From: Phoronis australis
Taxonomy: Eukaryota; Animalia; Phoronida
Assembly: GCA_002633005.1 (NCBI GenBank)
Contig: NMRA01000002.1
Coordinates: forward strand, 699,082-763,081
Reading direction: 5' to 3'
Length of the DNA: 64,000 nt
In this document: in pieces, positions 60,947-64,000 of the stretch
Numbering within the stretch: position 1 is the first letter of the stretch
Layout of the letters: every line of letters starts with the position of its first letter
Notes under the pieces: model-generated
Databases searched by the model: none
Told to the model about the DNA's origin: nothing
The model's input: only the letters and a program-made list of their open reading frames with translations
Position numbers and translations under genes: made by a program

Positions 60947-63900
60947 TTACAACCCCAGGGATGAAGCCATCAAGAGTTGAGTAACCGTGAATCAACACGG
61001 AGAGTAAGAATGGGCCTAGGACCAGTACACTGACCGGTAGCGAGGAGGTGCCTCAAGAAGCTATACCTGAGATCTAACGGTGTTAAAATACGAAATTCTC
61101 GATGAACTAAAGCTAGTTGCTGGTCAGCTCAGCCGTGATTCAATTGAGACAGGCAGCTCGTACCGACCGTCTGCGCTCGCTCTAAGGTCAAGATTCGTCT
61201 TATTGTGATCCAGTTTCGGGAAAACTTTATTTTATTATGGTCATCCTTTGAAGGAGTTTTTTTGAAAAGGTGAGGTCCCGAAGTCTCTGGTATAGTGCCT
61301 TTGGATCACTGAGATCTGCGCGGGCCTACTGCATGGTTACATCTTATTTTTAAAATGGGTACGTCAGCCATGACGTGCACGCGAATCAGGACAAGGTATA
61401 TTTTTGCTCATTTCAGAGGTACCTATAACGGTTCACGAGGTAAACTTGAACTTCACTGACAAAAAAAAACAAAAAACGCTGAAATCTCAGTTTATGATCG
61501 AGAGAGTACCCCCTTTCGACATGTACACGATCATCACAAGTAGTAGCCTAGACAGCAGTGTTTTCCACACGTGGGAATTCCTTACAAACAACTAACTCAT
61601 AGTACTACGGGAAACAGTAACATTATTTTAGAACTAATCATCGGAAACAGTCCTTTTGTGTAATTCACAAACAGTAGTGTTCACGTTCTTCAAAATTCCA
61701 CCCTCTCGATGCGGCAATCCTACTGTATTGTTTTCCCATTTTTGGTTGTTTGGGTCGAATGGCTGTGCTGTGCACGGATGTTTTGCTTTTTTGGTGAATT
61801 TGAAACCTCACTTTCCGTCGTGAATACTTGGCAGTGTCGGATTTACATGTATGGAGGGACAAAGGGACATTTCCCCCGAACTGCTTCACCTAGAGAGAGG
61901 GTACCGTCTGAAATGGAACAACTTAGGATGAAAGGCTAAACATCATTAAGGTTGGAAAAAAGAGTGACAGTTCATTCCACCGTCATGTGGTCTCAAAACG
62001 ATGCAGGGGGTGACCTCCTTCAACATGAATGCCGGTTGCACGATTTCACAAAAAACAGGTAAAAAGAAGTTATCAAATCCAACATTGGACCCTCTCTCCG
62101 TGAGCGGCCCCTTAAGAATTTATCAATAAAAACACAAAAAGGGTGGCCACTTGAATGTCGTCAATGGCGGGACCACTAAATATGAAAATTACTATATTTT
62201 CAAATATCAGGAAATGCGCAGCAACCAATGTTATCTGTCAGGTCATCATTTTTTCTCAAGTAATATACAGTTTCAAGAAAAAATAAAGCGAAAGTTGTCT
62301 CCGTTATCCCTTGCCAGAGAGGGGCATATGGAAAAATATAGTTTTGCATTCACAAAATTGACTTGAGTGAATTTATAAATCCAGTAAATTAGTACGCTAC
62401 GCAAAAGCTTCGCTTTACAAATTTTCTCGATTTTTCAAGTATGTGATTGATTTCGTGCACGTTTTCAAGTGCGTTTAGACGACCTGTGCTGGAAAAGCGG
62501 AGACCCTAACTACAATGTCCTGGCCAGGGTCCTCAAAAGGTAAACGATGCACTGATGCAGAGTTGTTAAAAGTTCTCTTGAATTTTCTCTCTTATCCGTA
62601 TTTCGCTGTCTTTCTTTTCTGGAATGTCCGCGGCCGCACGCCTATGTTAGTTGCCACGTTTTAACCCTAGCGCCTGAAAAGTTTTGAGGGGCCATGTTAT
62701 GGAAAAGAGGAAAGAAACCAAGACTTTCCCGAGGAGATAGTTTTCAGTCACGTGCATTCATTAAGACATTGATTGATGACTAACTAAAAGTGTTCGAGTT
62801 CAAATTTATTAACAGCGTTTCATACACCCCTTTCATACACAATATGACATACAGGGCGTCTCACTGTAATTATTCTACTAATTTTGAAATATCACTGAAA
62901 TGTAAATAAAAGAGTTTACTTTTCAACAAATTAACAATTTTTTTTCATTTCAACAATTTATTTTTTAAATGACGGAGCCACGGAATGGATAAAACCCCAG
63001 ACTGCCATAGGGGCTGTGATTGGGAACAAGATAAACCGTCTATACCTAACTTGAGATGATGTAAAATCCCGTTCCAATTCGTTGTCGATTCAAAAAGCTG
63101 CTGAAAATGTACAGTGTTGTACTAAATAACCACATTCGAAACCCGCTGGCGAATGGATTTGAGACCGATACTGCACAAATTTCGCATGAAGTACACAGGG
63201 TGTCTCAAAATGATGGTACGTACTGTTTTAATTGAGAATAACTCTAAGTAAAGACGGCTATTTAAACGGAGAGGGGAGAGAGAGAGAAGGAGGGTGGAGG
63301 GGAGGGTAGACGAGAGAGAGTCACATGGAGATAAAAAAGTTTATTAGAACCATAAAATACAAAACATACAAACAAAACTACAACACGGGTGGTTTTAGAT
63401 GAGCCCTGCAATGTATAATATAATATAATATAATATAAAACAAGAGGCGCTAAGACAAATAAGTGATGCAATGCATATCAATTAAATTGCATGTGATCAT
63501 AACTCAAAAAGTTATAAATTAAGAAATAAGTAATATAACTGAGAAATAAACAAAAAAACAAAACAAAACAAGACACGGAATATCTAAAGTATACAAAATA
63601 CAAAACTAAAACCGGGAAGATTTTGAAATTTTGATACACAAAAGATTTTAAAGTCCTGGTCTCACACGTCGTTAACCCTTATTACGTGGTTAGAAGATGT
63701 TATAAGGATCCAAGAAGTACCTACCCCATAACTAATACACGATCCGTACTCGAAAGAAGTTTAAATGAACACGCCACTCACGATTCGCACCCGAAGAACC
63801 CCCGCATTTTTGAACTTGCCGCGAACCCGGAAGTACAATTCATTCAGGAACCCGGCTAAGAAAACGCCGTCAGTGTGAGTGCCTGTTACCAGCCTGCAAA

Positions 63901-64000
63901 CAGGGATAAAATAATGGACAGCGCGCCTTAATTTTAATAAAATCAAAATACGGACAATTATATCGAATTTGCTGAAGAAATGTGGCGAACAAATTTTGAC

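Noticed and set aside
62849-63410. Tc1/mariner-like CAGGG(T/C)GTCTCA ends
   Set aside because: Two same-orientation starts but no convincing matching inverted end with a TA TSD.

Overview
Eukaryotic genomic DNA, AT-rich, with spliceosomal introns and no obvious CpG depletion. A marine invertebrate is my inference; no prokaryotic operons, CRISPR arrays or rRNA genes were seen. Most short ORFs in the track are spurious. The main feature is a + strand synaptotagmin-15-like tandem-C2 gene rebuilt by hand from 8 phase-compatible GT-AG exons: 699-736, 24812-25011, 37260-37470, 41214-41307, 42214-42384, 44327-44447, 47322-47504 and 48363-48487 (1143 nt, 380 aa). In this model it has no N-terminal transmembrane helix and has degenerate Ca2+-binding loops. 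Downstream is a 195-aa ORF with predicted coiled coils and no confident family (53383-53970), then a 2.7-kb P-superfamily-like DNA transposon (CAAGG...CCTTG ends, 7-bp TSD) carrying a spliced THAP pseudogene. Introns hold TTAA-flanked Kolobok-like elements, Harbinger-like and foldback MITEs, a decayed LINE RT, an RTE-like 5' UTR with a triplicated module, tRNA-SINE heads and microsatellites. I found no convincing wholly new system. The best leads are the anchorless Syt15 with alternative 5' exons, the orphan ORF and the P-like element.
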